64,000 nucleotides of DNA from Podarcis pityusensis. Lineage: Eukaryota. Under the pieces are notes generated by a model. That model saw only the letters and a list, made by a program, of their open reading frames with translations. It was not told the origin of the DNA and made no database searches. The DNA is taken from NCBI GenBank assembly GCA_964106645.2, contig OZ067046.1; one strand, 5' to 3'. The translations under genes were made by a program, and so were the position numbers. Positions 50,961-63,531 of the stretch are shown here, one piece after another (the stretch's first letter is position 1; each line of letters begins with the position of its first letter).

Positions 50961-53633
50961 CTAATATTTTTATTATTTATACAACACTCCTATACCACTT
51001 TAACAGTTGTGGTGTATCCCAAAGAATCCTGGGAACTGTAGCTTGTTAAGGGTGCAACTAACCTCATAGACCTACCATCTCATCCACACTAAAGAAATTA
51101 TAGTTCCCAGGATTCTCCATGCCTGTTAGGGTGGTATAAGAGTGCTTTAAATGTTAGTGTGGATGTGACTCCAGATTAGGCAATACTGTACTGGTCTGAT
51201 TCCGTGCAAGGCAGTTTCATGTAGCACCTCACCAAGTTACATGACAGCATAGACAGGTCCCTGCCACCTAGAAGATTCCAAATTTAGACTGAACTGCTCA
51301 TCTCCCAATAATACATAATTGGACTTCCTTAGGGCTGGCCCAAGACACTCTGCTGCTTGAGGCAAATCAGAAAACGGTATCCCCTTCCCCCGGAATTGCA
51401 ATTTGTTAAGGGTTAGAGCATGGATAGAGAACATTGGGCTCATGGAGGCTGGATCTGGCACCCCTCCCAGCTTTCCAGAGCCTGCCACCCTGAGGCAACT
51501 GCCACATCTCACCATATGGCGGATGGGCTCTCTCATTAGTGTATTTAATTGCCAACATTACCCAGCCTCTGCCTTCTCATTTTCAAGCCCATTGCAGTTC
51601 TATAATCAATCATTATTCACCAACCAGAATTTCCTTATTCACATTCACTTCTGGGCATGTGAATGAGATCACAATGAATGGCTCGGTCTAGCGCATATGT
51701 AATTCCGTCCGTCTTCATTTAACCCTCTGAACAAGCATTCCATTAATTGTAGATAAGAAAGAATCAATAGCCTTTTCACCCTGAGTGACTTTACACTGAT
51801 AAATTGTGCTTCTGCCACTTGAGATGGTTATTATTCTCAAGACTTACAAGACAAAGGGCTAAGCTATTTGAGTTAAATATTCACTATTCCATTAAATGGA
51901 ATGGTAACTCATGCTTCAGAACATATGGATTCACTTTACCTGATGTTTTCTTCTTTCTGGCACACAATAAGCTTCAGGTTAATAAAAATTCAAGCTTGCT
52001 CCTTCACCTCAACTGATGGCCACTGCACTGGTAAGATGCATCTCTGTGCACTGAGTTTTCAGAAATAAGCGGAATGTTTTTGAAAGTGGACATTGGCATA
52101 TCCGATTTTTGAAACGTGTGGAATTTTGTAATTCTAAAATTGCTTCCAGAGCAACAAGTTCATTTGTTTCTTGCAGCCTCGGGCAATTTTAAAACACACA
52201 ACAGAGCTTGTCCATGCCTTCCTCTCTTCCCCCAAACCCATACTGTATATACACTGATACCACAGCACAATTTGTAGATGTTTCCTAGGCAACTAAACTA
52301 GCTAAAAGATCGGTCAAATCAAACCTCTACAGATAAAGATACATCGATTTTCACCTTTTCAATCTGCTAGCTTGATAATGAAAATAGTAGCATCCTCCAT
52401 TCTATGGCAGCTGTGCCCTTATAAGCTCAAGGGTTACTGCTGTATGATGCAGGGTTGTATTTTTTCATGATGCCAATGATCAGGACACGCACTCCTGTTC
52501 ACTTCAGATCTATCACTTGCATGCTGCTTTGCATTAAAATAAGCAGAATGAACTTTTTCATCCCCACCCCGTTATTTCCAATTACTTACATCATTCTGTA
52601 GCCCACGCATTAGCCCACTTTACCTCTGAAATACTTTATCCTCCCTAAACAAAGTTTGGAAAAAATTGATTATATCTGGGGTAAAAAGAGGTGTTCATTT
52701 TGTAGGACTCCTTGTTGAACAGGCTCCCCGCTCCAAAGAGATAACATTGTTGGACATGTTTAAGGCTCATTAATTTCAGTGAGATACTTCCCCATTGCAT
52801 TTGTGGTTGGACCCATTCATGCCCTTTTAAAAAATAAAGCACAACAGCAACAGGAAATGAATGAAGAGGACAGATGAAGGCCGCTCCATTGGAAATAATA
52901 GTACCATCTCTCTCACTTCATTGATGGTAATAAGTGCAGTGTGGTAGTTCACCAACTTTTTAACACAATCCTCACAGTTGTCATTTTATATGAAAATCAA
53001 TTAACAGGGATTCTTCTTCCTACTCCCTCAGTAGCCAACTATGCTTGATTTCCTGCTGCCTTGCTCCATAGGTAAAGCACAACACAGCTGGAAAGGGAGG
53101 AAAGGATGTGGTGCTTGGTATGCTTTCAAAAGGATTTTTTAAAGCCCTGTTGAAAACATTTCCTTGCAAGCAAGAAGTGATTCATCACTTTGATAATTCC
53201 ATATATGGTCTGGGAAGATTTCTTGTTTGCATGTGACAGGTCAGCCTTGGGGGGTCATATAATAAGATTATGATCTGTCATTATTCTGAGTGAACGGATT
53301 GCCCCCTTTTAAAAATCTAATTGGACAGCTGTCAGAATGATGGTGGATGCACTGAACATTATCACCACTGCTCTAAGAACCACTTCACACCCTATGCATA
53401 GGCAAAGCTGGACTTGCTTCAGAGCATACACTCCAGAAGAAGCTGTAGCCCAATCATAGCCCCCTAATGAATAAGCTGCAGGCTATGCATATTTGCATAA
53501 ACAATTATAATTACTGGTGCTTTTGTCACATCTTGTCTCGATCACCACATGATTTTGGTTGTTATGATGTTGATATTTTCTTGTTGTGCTTAATGGTTCA
53601 CTGGATTTTGTGGATTTTGTCTTATTGTATTTA

Positions 53634-53874
53634 CAGTGGTACCTTGGTTTAAGAACAGTCCAGTTTAAGAACAATTTGGTTTACAAACTCCGCAAAACTG
53701 AAAACAGTGTCTTGGTTTGAGAACTTTACCTCGGTCTAAGAACGGAATCCAAATGCTGGAAGTGCACCGGCGGTGGGATACCTCATTGGGGAAAGTGCGC
53801 CTTGGTTTAAGAATGGTTTTGGTTTAAGAACAGACTTCCGGAATGGATTAAGTTCGTAGACCAAGGTACCACTG
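53634..53874. mobile_element. Tc1/mariner (Tigger-like) MITE
   Basis: TA-CAGTGGTACCTTGGT ... ACCAAGGTACCACTG-TA. Confidence 0.92.
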
Positions 53875-54286
53875 TATATTTCATTGCTTCAAACCACTTT
53901 AAATTTCTTTTCTTTTCTTTAGGATGAATGAATTAATGAATCACTAGTCTTCTTCTGTTATCTCACCTTCATCCTCTCACATCTATGCAACGCTCTGCTG
54001 CGAGCCTCCACCCATCCCTTTTGCCACTCTGATCAAGAGATGCCTCTCTTTAAAATACATGCAAAGATTTTATATGAGCACAAGCTCATTGTTCTTATTT
54101 CCAAAGCCTCTCAACAACTACCCCACTTTTTTACTGCTCTTATATACCCTGCTACCTCACACCCTGTGACCTTCACTTCAGTTTCATCACTCTCGAGCAA
54201 CCCAAGATCTCCTGCTTCTCTGCCATTCCTTCCTTGCTGCTTCCTAGAACTGCTTCCTAGAAGAGCTGCATGATGCCACCTTCCTA

Positions 54287-54477
54287 GGAACACAGGAAGC
54301 TAACTTATACTGATTCAAACCATTGGTCTATCTAGGTCAGTATTTTCTACACTGTCTGGAAACAGCTCTCCAGGACTTCAGTTAGCAGTCTACTTCAGCT
54401 TTACTTGGAATTGCTGAGGGCTGAACCAGGGACCTTCTGCATGCAAACAGATGCTCTACTACTGAGCTACAACCTTC
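54287..54477 (-). mobile_element. tRNA-derived SINE (Squam3-like)
   Basis: Minus: GTAGCTCAGTAGTAGAGCATCTGTTTGCATGCAGAAGGTCCCTGGTTCA; colinear with 17148-17339. Confidence 0.8.
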
Positions 54478-55649
54478 TCAATATTTGCTCTACTTCAGCT
54501 TTTCCTACTTTCTCTGTTGTGTCCCCTCTGTCAAATTTTAGATTGTACCTTGTACTCTGACACAGACAGATGGCTTTATAAAAATCATAATAAATAGTAA
54601 GTACATTTTCTCCCTCGCTTAAGTTCCTAAGCTGCTGGTTCATAAAGTTATTCCTTCTCCACTTGTGTCTAAATTTTAATTTTGAAAATTACGTTTTCCA
54701 GTTCTCCAGCATTGTATCAGCAGACCTCAGTTCCAGTATGAAAGAAAAGAAACAAGAACTAAATAACCTGATTTTTTTGTGGCCAACCGTGTTCGGTAAA
54801 CGACAGTTTCTTGAGAAACACCATGTGAAGACCTGTCAGTTTTCATTTGGGGTTTGGATTAGGGAACCATGCTCAGAATATTAATGAACCACCAAGAATG
54901 CATCGCAGCAAACTTCAGGTTTAATCTGCAAATGCTACTGTTACATTAGTCAAAGTTCCATTTACTGGAGTTAACAAATTGTGACACAATTAATGCAGAA
55001 GAACTAGGCAAGCTTAGTCTCACTGCCCAAAAAAGGAAAATAAAGAAATGCCAAATAAAATAGCTACCTGCATCCTAAATAACTTTTTTTTAATATTTTT
55101 TTTCAATTAACCTCTACTCCATGCTGGTTTCAGATACACTTCTAGTGTAAAAAAATGCTTCCTCAATCCTCTCCACTGTATGGAATATTGCTAGCCCTGC
55201 TATCATCTGGATCTATTACAAAACTAGACTTTACGTGCCAGATTTAGAATAGAGCTATGTTTAGCTAAAGTCACGCACAGCAGGAAGCATCCTTCTCCAG
55301 CATACGATTCCCCATATTAATCAAGGAAATGCAAGTCTTGTTGATATCTATATTTTAGAAAGTTGGACTCACTTGGTTCCAAATCCAAATACCTCACCAA
55401 GCTGTTATTTCATAGACAGCCATGGAAACATCATCACAAGTTACAACTCCATTCTTGAAAATGTTTTTGCTGAAGTCTTTCCCTTTAGAGCAGGGGTGGC
55501 TTATCCTCTAGAAATTGATGAACTGGAACTCCCATCACCCTGGCTGTTGACCATGCTGTCTGGAGCTGATACATGAAACAATATTGGGAGGGTCATAGGT
55601 TATTCACCATTGCTTTAGAGCAACATTCAGAAATGATATTTGTTACTGG

Positions 55650-56012
55650 AATGGTTGAGGCCGTTAGATAGCCTGGGAAAGAGGACACTGAGAGGAGTTT
55701 TGTTAGCCATCTTCAAATATCTAAAGGGTTGTCAACATGGAAGATGGATCAAGCTTGTTTTTTCCTGCTCTGGAGGGTAGGGTCCAAACCAATGGATACA
55801 AGTTACAAGAAAGGAGATCCCAACTAAACCTCAGGAAGAAATTTCTGATTGTAAGAGTGGAACATCTCAGAAGGTGACAGACTTTTCTTCACTGGGTTTC
55901 TTAAAAGCAGCAATTAGATGGCCACTTGTCATGGATGCTTTAGTTGAGATTTCTGCATTGGACTAGATGATCCTTGGGGTACCTTCCAAGTCTATGATGC
56001 AGTGATTCTATG
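55650..56012 (+). mobile_element. Older CR1 3' end
   Basis: AGCCATCTTCAAATATCTAAAGGG...TACAAGAAAGGAGAT...GGACTAGATGAtCCTT...GATTCTATG. Confidence 0.85.
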
Positions 56013-56579
56013 TGTTCGGCAGGAATGCCAAAGCCACCACCAAGTGCCAAGCTAGCTGCTGATAAAGCTATATGGGAGAAAGGTAAGGGCATGAAAATGC
56101 CTGCTTGGATCAGAGTCTGACTGTCAGCCAGGAAGCGATGGATCTTCCGGCTTCTAGATATGCTCCTAATCTGAGCTGTTTCATTGGTGAAACAATAATT
56201 CTCATTCAATCACTGCCTTCCTGATCTGAGGAAAATGGACAGCTTGCTTAGCTATGTTTTACTTTGCAGTGGCTACATGAACATGAATCCTCTACCCCAA
56301 CCTAGATTCAGAACCCCTTATGCTGAGGCCTACAGGTCTCAGACTAGCACTGAAGTGTAAATGATGGCCCAAGCAATTGCAGCAGTCACCATCTCCTCCC
56401 AATGTCCCTGGTCACTAGAGTGAAGCTCAGAGACATTTGGGTAAAAGTCATTGCAAATCTCCTGATCTGGAACATCACTTTTCAGTGATGCCATATCCTT
56501 AAAGGTAGGGAGAAAAGTAATGCTGGCCAAAACAGAGTACCTTTTGCCAGTCAGGCCATTCCTTGGCTGGGATAGCTTG

Positions 56580-57070
56580 ACCACTGTTGTTCATGCACAG
56601 GTAACCTCAGGGTTGAGTTACTGCAATGGGCACTACATGCCAGTACCCTTGAGGTTGGTCCAGAGGCTGTAGCTGGTGCAGAACAAGAATGGCTTGCTTG
56701 CTTGCTTGCGGGGGCAAGTTTCCACCAGCCTATAACACCTTGTTTGCAGGATTTGTGCTGGTTGCCAATCTGCTACCAAGTTTTGCTACTACAATATAAT
56801 ACCTTGTACAGCTTTGGAACAGTTTATTTGAGAGGCCACCTTATCTCTTATATACCCAGTAGGTCACTGTGTTCTGAAGGAGACTGTCTCTTTAAAGTCC
56901 CCATAATATCAGAAACTTGCTCCACAGTAACTTGGAGCAGGGCTTTCGGTGTGTCTGCTTCTGTTCTATGGAATTGTATTCCTGCCAATATACAGCGCAT
57001 ACCACTATCTAGTCTATCCAGAAACAACTGAAGACTTTTTTGTCTCTTTGTTTGTTTCAACAAGCTTTTC
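56580..57070 (+). mobile_element. Old L2 3' part
   Basis: PITPCLQDLCWLPI and RAFGVSASVLWN motifs in ORF 56702-57031. Confidence 0.75.
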
Positions 57071-59723
57071 TAACCAGATGAAAAAGTCTCTGCCTTAGGT
57101 GTTCATTCTGTGTTTTTTCTTAAACATACACTCTGTTGTTCTTGCACTGTTCTTGCTGCTTTTAAATAAATGTCCTTTAAATGCCTTGGAAGTATGAGTG
57201 GGATGTGAGTCATTCATTCAGAAATGAAATGAGATGTGCCAGGCTGGGTGGCCCTGCAGTGTCATCTCCCTGCTGTTGCCTTCCCTTCATACAACCTGAT
57301 AAGCTTGCTGGGGAGGGAAATGCCATAAGGCTTGTGGCAGAATATGGGCAATCAGACAGCTATGGCATGGAGGAGGGTTAGGGGAACCAGACCACCACAG
57401 GGGAAATGGGACAAGACATCCACAGAACCTCATAGGGGTGGAATTGAATCACCTCATATATATCCTGGGGAGAGTAATGGGGGTGCCACAAGAAAGGTAC
57501 GGGGGGGGGGGGGAGAAGAGCCAATCAAACCTGGTGTTGGGTCTACTTCTTTCACTCACTGAAATCAGCATCCTTGGGAATAGCAAGCACAGTTTCAATC
57601 ATTTAGCAGAAGCTTCCCCCTTTGGATTTAACAGATGAAATGGCAGGCCCTTCTTGCTCCCTCTGCTTGGAATCAGCTAGATGTCTGAGTGGCAGTTGTG
57701 CCACTGACACTGAGTATATTGCACAATGTGGATTGTACTCTCACAGGATCATCTAAGGGTAGGGGTAATTGATAAGGTCTCCTTCCTCCACACACCACTT
57801 CTCCTTACAGATATTCAGCTGTCAATGTAATAAACTGATCACAAGTTTCATTTCCCCCCTTTTTGCTAAAAAAAAAAAGCCCTTAATTAGTATCTTTTAT
57901 ATGGTGTCAGCTTCTGAAAAGTTGGATATGAAGTCTAATAGTCAGGTGGCCATAGAGCTTCTTACTCAAAGCCTAATTATCTGAATGGCAAATGATAACC
58001 TGATTTAAGATACGCTTCTCACTCAGTTGAAGGACACAATTCCGGGACGAATCTAGTTCCTGAAGGATGCACTAGATTTCACATCTGCCACAGTTATAGC
58101 AATTAAAATGATTTCTCCCCTCCACATTTGTGATGAAGCATATATAATGCACAGGCAAGTATTTATTCTAGAACTAATAACAAACATACGGGGACTGCTT
58201 TGCTGCGTAATCCTTCACTATTCTATAGGTGGTCACTTCAACACACTGGACAGAGCATCTGGTGCAGCAGTGATTTCTCAAAGTAATGAGGATCTGAATA
58301 AGCTATGGCACAGTTTGCATGATGGGAAGTAATTTATCAATACTTTAATGTGGAAATTATTTTCTTCACCTAAAGAAGAAGAAAAATCTTCAAAGGTCTC
58401 AAAGATAAAAGAAATTAAATCTGAAAGATGGGTAGAGGGGCATAGCAGGCAAATGAAATCTGATTAAGGTTTGACTATATTCCCTTAAAACTAAGGTATA
58501 TGTTGTTGTGATGTCCTTTATGTCTTCTCAAATGTTTTTGCTGAAACGATAGAGAAAAAAGGCCACAATGGGGGTAGCCATGTCATCCCCACTAGAATGT
58601 TTCAAGGGACATTTTGTGAAGAAGTGAAAGACAAGCCATGGTTTAAAGTACTGACAAGGCCTCTTTTTGGAGGGGGATGGGTAAAAGTTACACAAAGTTC
58701 ATGTTTACAATCAAGGTCAGAACAGGTATATAACCAAGGACAGTAAGCAAAGCAGAGATGAAAAGCGATGGCTGAGCCTGTGAATCAAGTTGTCTGCAAA
58801 GCATGTCAATGCTATATCAAAAAACCCAAATGGCATCAATTTCCACAATATAAGTAATCGCAGCCAAAGTGCAATATTTTTTCTCAGATCAGTTGTCACT
58901 CAGATGGATTGCTATTGATACTTTGTTTACCAGGAAGGTTTTTAAAATTACCTGACAATTAACTTTAGAATAAGATAAATACACAATAAAACTGTGCACT
59001 AGATTTTAATTCCAATTCCAATTTTGTAACATTCTGTGAAATGTAAGGGGAATATACAATTTATAGGGCACATGCAATTCATTCCATCTGTGTGGTGCAG
59101 AATACTACAAAAAGTTAATTAAAATGGAATAAAAAGTTTCACTAACTAAGACTAAGTTGAAAAGCATCCTAAGAACTTTATGCTTCAAAATGAGTGGGGG
59201 CTGGATGTTTGTGAATGTCCTGGAGTCCTGGTAATTGGTGTGTATCATTTACCTCCAGAAATCTCTAGAATGAGGAAGGGAGCACTGCCTTCACTCTGAC
59301 ATCATCACATACCATTGTGATGAAACCAAATATGACATAAGAAGAGCCCTGCAGTACCAGGCCAAAGGGTAATCTACTTCAGCATCCTGTTCATATAGTA
59401 GACTAGATGCCAATAACTGAAAGGGGGACCTTAACACAACTGTTTCCTCACCTGCAGTTTTTCAAAGGCATACTGCTCCATCAACAGAAGTAATACACAG
59501 CCATTGCAGCTAGAAGCCATTGATATAGGTTTATTCTCCATGAATTTGGCCAAACTTCAATTCAAACCTTATCCTCCATGAATTTGGAACATTCAGGACA
59601 GACAAAAGAAAGTACTTTTTCACAGAAAGCATGTTTGAACATTCAGTTTCATTGGATGTCCCATAGTTCTAGTCAGGGCTTTTTATTTTCAGCCAGAACT
59701 CACCGGAACTTGGTATTTCATTG

Positions 59724-60165
59724 AATCATAGAGTTGGAAGGGACCATAAGGGTCATCTAGTCCAACCCCCTGCAATGCAGGAATCTTTTGCCCATTTGAA
59801 AATGGCTATCATGTCTCCTCTCAGTCTCCTCTTTTCTAGGCTAAACATACCCAACTCCCTCAACTGTTCCTCATAAGGCTTGGTTTCCTGACCCTTGATC
59901 ATCTTGGTTGCCGTCCTTTGTGCACATTCCAGCTTGTCAATATCTTTCTTAAATTGTGGTGCCCAGAACTGAACAAAATACTTTAGGTGTGGTCTTACCG
60001 AGGCAGAAAAGACCAGTACTAGTACTTCCATTGAGTACAATACTTCAGTTGATGCACAACATTAGCTTTTTTTGCTGCTGTTGCATCACACAGTTATGTC
60101 ATGTTAAGCTTGTGTTCTACTAAGGCTCCTAGATCCTTTTCACATGTACTGTTGGCAAAACAGGT
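59724..60165 (-). mobile_element. CR1 3' part with internal deletion
   Basis: [23 protein letters not shown]...[15 protein letters not shown] joined directly to the terminal region at about 59795. Confidence 0.9.
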
Positions 60166-61026
60166 GTGTGTCCCCCCCACCCCCCTGCCAAGATATTTAA
60201 TGTCAGGCAAAACAATTTCATACATGTGTAGCCTTATTTATGAAGCTGAAGGTACCTGCTTCCATGCATGGATCAGAACAATTGTGCCTTACATAAGAAA
60301 AGTGTACACTGTGTATTAACCTCAATTCAGATTTTGTAGCATTCTGCAAAACTAATCTAACACTCTCTTTTTTTGCCAGCAAAGTAAATGCCATCAAAAT
60401 CTGTCATATTAAATATTTGCCCTATTAGCATCCTTTTCATCTTCTTCGGAGATGGTATTCCTAAATCAAAAAATTCCCTTTGGGCTTATAATAATTGAAA
60501 TTATATGAATGATATCAATCAGTTATTAATCATGAAATATGCATATATCAAAGCTTACATTTATGTCAATCCAAAGAAGTATAATCAAGTTTTTGCACCG
60601 CTATAAACTCAACTGGAACAGTATTAAAAATTGTAGAATGCTAAATTGATAATTAGCAGGGAATGTTTGCTGTTTGGTACTATTGGGCATGGGATAGAAT
60701 TATTAAATATTAGATGAATAAAATTATGAAGAAAGTGTATAAATGTGAAATCAAAGAATTAAATAACGCATCTTAAAACTAGTTCAACATATAGTGTGTG
60801 TTAATCATTAAATATTCTGTACTACAATTAACTTATTCATTAAATATCATAACCTGAGATTAACGGTTTTCCAAACAACCTGAGAACTTGAAAGTGACCT
60901 CCTGCCAGATGAATAGAGGCCCTGTTTCATTTGCGGTCCTGTCATAGGATGCATATGGCTGCAGTGTACCTGAAGGTTTTCTTCTTGGGGAGATTAAGAG
61001 TACTATGTAACTATCTGATGGGGTGT

Positions 61027-63531
61027 TTATTTTCCATGCCAAGTGCTGATGTGTGGTGAAGAAAAATTCTGCTGCGGTAAAAACAGCATCCTTGGCAATA
61101 CATTCATCTTGATAGCAGCAATTCGGCCTAACAAAGAAAGTTTCAATTTTGACCAATTATCTAAGTCTCTCTTAATTTCTGTCCAGCATTTTTCATAATT
61201 GTCCTTAAATAGACTTAGATTTTTTGCTGTTATGTTTACCCCTAGGTATTTTACTTTTTTAACCACATTAAGTTCCGTCTCATTCTGAAACCGTTCTGAC
61301 TCTGTATCAGTCAAATTTTTCCCCAAAACCTTAGTTTTCTGTTTATTTAGTTTAAATCCAGCCACCCGACCAAAGTCATTAATCAGTTGTAATACTCTTT
61401 TCGTACTGGGCTCTGGCTTCTGCAAGGTCAAAACCAGGTCATCTGCGAAAGCTTTTAATTTATATTGTTTCTGACCGACCTGAATTCCTTCCACCAACCG
61501 ATCCCCTCTAATCATGTTCAATAGCACTTCCAGAACCGAAATAAATAACAAAGGGGAAATAGGGCAACCTTGTCGTGTCCCTTTTTCAATTTTAAACTCT
61601 TCTGTAACCACATTATTAACTATCAGTTTAGCTTTCTGTTCTGAATATATCGCCTCAATCCCATTCTCAAAACCCCGTCCCACTCCCATCTCTTTTAAAT
61701 TTCCCATCATAAATTTCCAGGAGATATTGTCAAAGGCCTTCTCCGCGTCTATAAAAATTAAAACTGCTTTTGTATTTATGTCTGTTTGCAAAAGTTCCAA
61801 AATGTCAATAATGTTCCTTGTATTAGCAAACAGATGTCTTCCTGGGAGAAAGCCGGCCTGGTCCTTATGAATTACTTCATTTAAAACTTTTTTAAATCTA
61901 TTTGCCAAAATGTCTGCAAATATTTTGTAATCCACATTTAAAAGAGAGATGGGACGGTAGTTCTTAAGTTGTGTCTTTTCAGCTTCCGACTTTGGTATTA
62001 ATGTGATGAACGCTTCCTTCCACGACTCCGGTGCCCTCTTCCCCTCCATAATTTCATTGCTGACCTCCATCAAAGGTTGTATCAAATAGTCTTTTAATGT
62101 CTTATAGTACTTGGAGGTCAGCCCATCTGGTCCTGGAGATTTGCCAAGTTGCATGTTCTGGATGGCTTGTTCGATCTCCTGTCGTGTTATTTTAGAATTC
62201 AGGATTGTCCTATTTTCTTGTGACAATTTAGATAGTCCGTTTTTTGCCAAAAATTGTTTAATCTCAACATCATCTTGCGGCCCTTGGGTATATAATTTTT
62301 TGAAGTATCTCTGGAAACACTTTCTGATGTCCACTGGATTCTGGATGTTTTTTCCATCAACCTCTAAGTTTGTAACAGTATTTAATCTTTGTCTTCTCTT
62401 CAACTGCCAAGCTAGCAGTTTTCCACATTTATTCGCCGACTCAAACGTTTTTTGTTTCATTAATTTAACCTTCCATTCAATTTCCTGATTTATCAATTTA
62501 GAATATTGTGTTTGATAAAGTTTAATTTCTCTCAAAGTTGGCTGTGACTTCGGATTCACTCTTAATTTCTTCTCTAATTCTTTTATTTTATCCAAGATCT
62601 TATCTTTTTTCTCATTTTGTGTTCTTTTCTTTACTGCATTCTGTTGTATCAAGAATCCCCTCATTACAGCTTTGCTTGCGTCCCAGATTATTCTTTTTTC
62701 CACCATATTATTCATGTTTATCTCAAAATAGTCCTTCAAAACTTTTTGGGCCTTCTTGGTAATTTCCTGATCTCTAAACAAATTGTCATTCATCTTCCAT
62801 CTAAAGGATCCAGTTGGTAATAGTGTCATATCCATCTTTACTGCATTATGGTCGGAGCAGGTCTTTGGGCAGATTTCCACTTTTCTGACCTTAGGTGCCA
62901 GGCCTCTAGAAATCCATATTTGGTCGATTCTTGTCCAGGTCAGTTGGGCTTCAGAAAAGAATGTTCCCTCTCTTCCTAGTGGGTTCTTTGTCCTCCAAAT
63001 GTCAATCAAATCCATATTGTCAGTCATTTCAAAAAAGGTTTTAGGTAGTCTGCCGTCTTTTGTAACATTTTGACTTTGTGACTTGTCCATGTTAGTTGAT
63101 ACGACCCCATTCATATCTCCCATCATTATGATGTTGTTGTAGTCTAGATAGTCCAGCATTGTCTCCTGCAACTTCTTGTAAAATTCCGATTTCCCTTCAT
63201 TAGGTGCATAGATTCCTAATATCAGCAATTTCTCTCCTTGATATTGTATCTCAATAGCCAAAATTCTTCCATGTTCATCTTTAAATAGGAATTTAGGTGA
63301 CAGGCTCTCTTTTGCATATATCACCACGCCTCTCTTCTTAACTTTGTCCGACGATACAAATTCCTGGCCCAATCTTTTATTTATTAACACTTTTCTGTGG
63401 AGCCTCGTCACATGTGTTTCTTGTAAACAGATAATGTCCAATTGTTCTTTTTTTAATATATGAAATATTTTCTTCCTTTTTTCCGGAATGTTACAACCAT
63501 TAATATTCCAGCTCAACAGTTGCAGAGACAT
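61027..63531 (-). CDS. L1 ORF2 (APE endonuclease + reverse transcriptase), C-terminally truncated, last 17 aa probably from the flank
   Basis: EN motifs SWNING, LQETH, IYAPN, GDMN, RID and SDH; RT motifs KSPGPDG, NYRPISLLN, DAEKAFD, GTRQGCPISP, FADD and KYLG; no CCHC knuckle. Confidence 0.93.
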   Translation of the reverse strand: MSLQLLSWNINGCNIPEKRKKIFHILKKEQLDIICLQETHVTRLHRKVLINKRLGQEFVSSDKVKKRGVVIYAKESLSPKFLFKDEHGRILAIEIQYQGEKLLILGIYAPNEGKSEFYKKLQETMLDYLDYNNIIMMGDMNGVVSTNMDKSQSQNVTKDGRLPKTFFEMTDNMDLIDIWRTKNPLGREGTFFSEAQLTWTRIDQIWISRGLAPKVRKVEICPKTCSDHNAVKMDMTLLPTGSFRWKMNDNLFRDQEITKKAQKVLKDYFEINMNNMVEKRIIWDASKAVMRGFLIQQNAVKKRTQNEKKDKILDKIKELEKKLRVNPKSQPTLREIKLYQTQYSKLINQEIEWKVKLMKQKTFESANKCGKLLAWQLKRRQRLNTVTNLEVDGKNIQNPVDIRKCFQRYFKKLYTQGPQDDVEIKQFLAKNGLSKLSQENRTILNSKITRQEIEQAIQNMQLGKSPGPDGLTSKYYKTLKDYLIQPLMEVSNEIMEGKRAPESWKEAFITLIPKSEAEKTQLKNYRPISLLNVDYKIFADILANRFKKVLNEVIHKDQAGFLPGRHLFANTRNIIDILELLQTDINTKAVLIFIDAEKAFDNISWKFMMGNLKEMGVGRGFENGIEAIYSEQKAKLIVNNVVTEEFKIEKGTRQGCPISPLLFISVLEVLLNMIRGDRLVEGIQVGQKQYKLKAFADDLVLTLQKPEPSTKRVLQLINDFGRVAGFKLNKQKTKVLGKNLTDTESERFQNETELNVVKKVKYLGVNITAKNLSLFKDNYEKCWTEIKRDLDNWSKLKLSLLGRIAAIKMNVLPRMLFLPQQNFSSPHISTWHGK

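Larger units (their letters stand above)
50527..51225 (+). mobile_element. Old Squam3-like SINE broken by nested insertions
   Basis: Head ATAGCTCAGAGCTAGAG, resumes CAGAAGGTCCCAG at about 50790, tail GGTCTGATTCCGTGCAAGGCAGTTTCATG at about 51193-51221. Confidence 0.55.

Noticed and set aside
17148-54477. tRNA genes at A/B-box motifs (17300, 20050, 21810, 26100, 48680, 54440)
   Set aside because: Each is a degenerate head that continues into SINE sequence and does not form a full cloverleaf.
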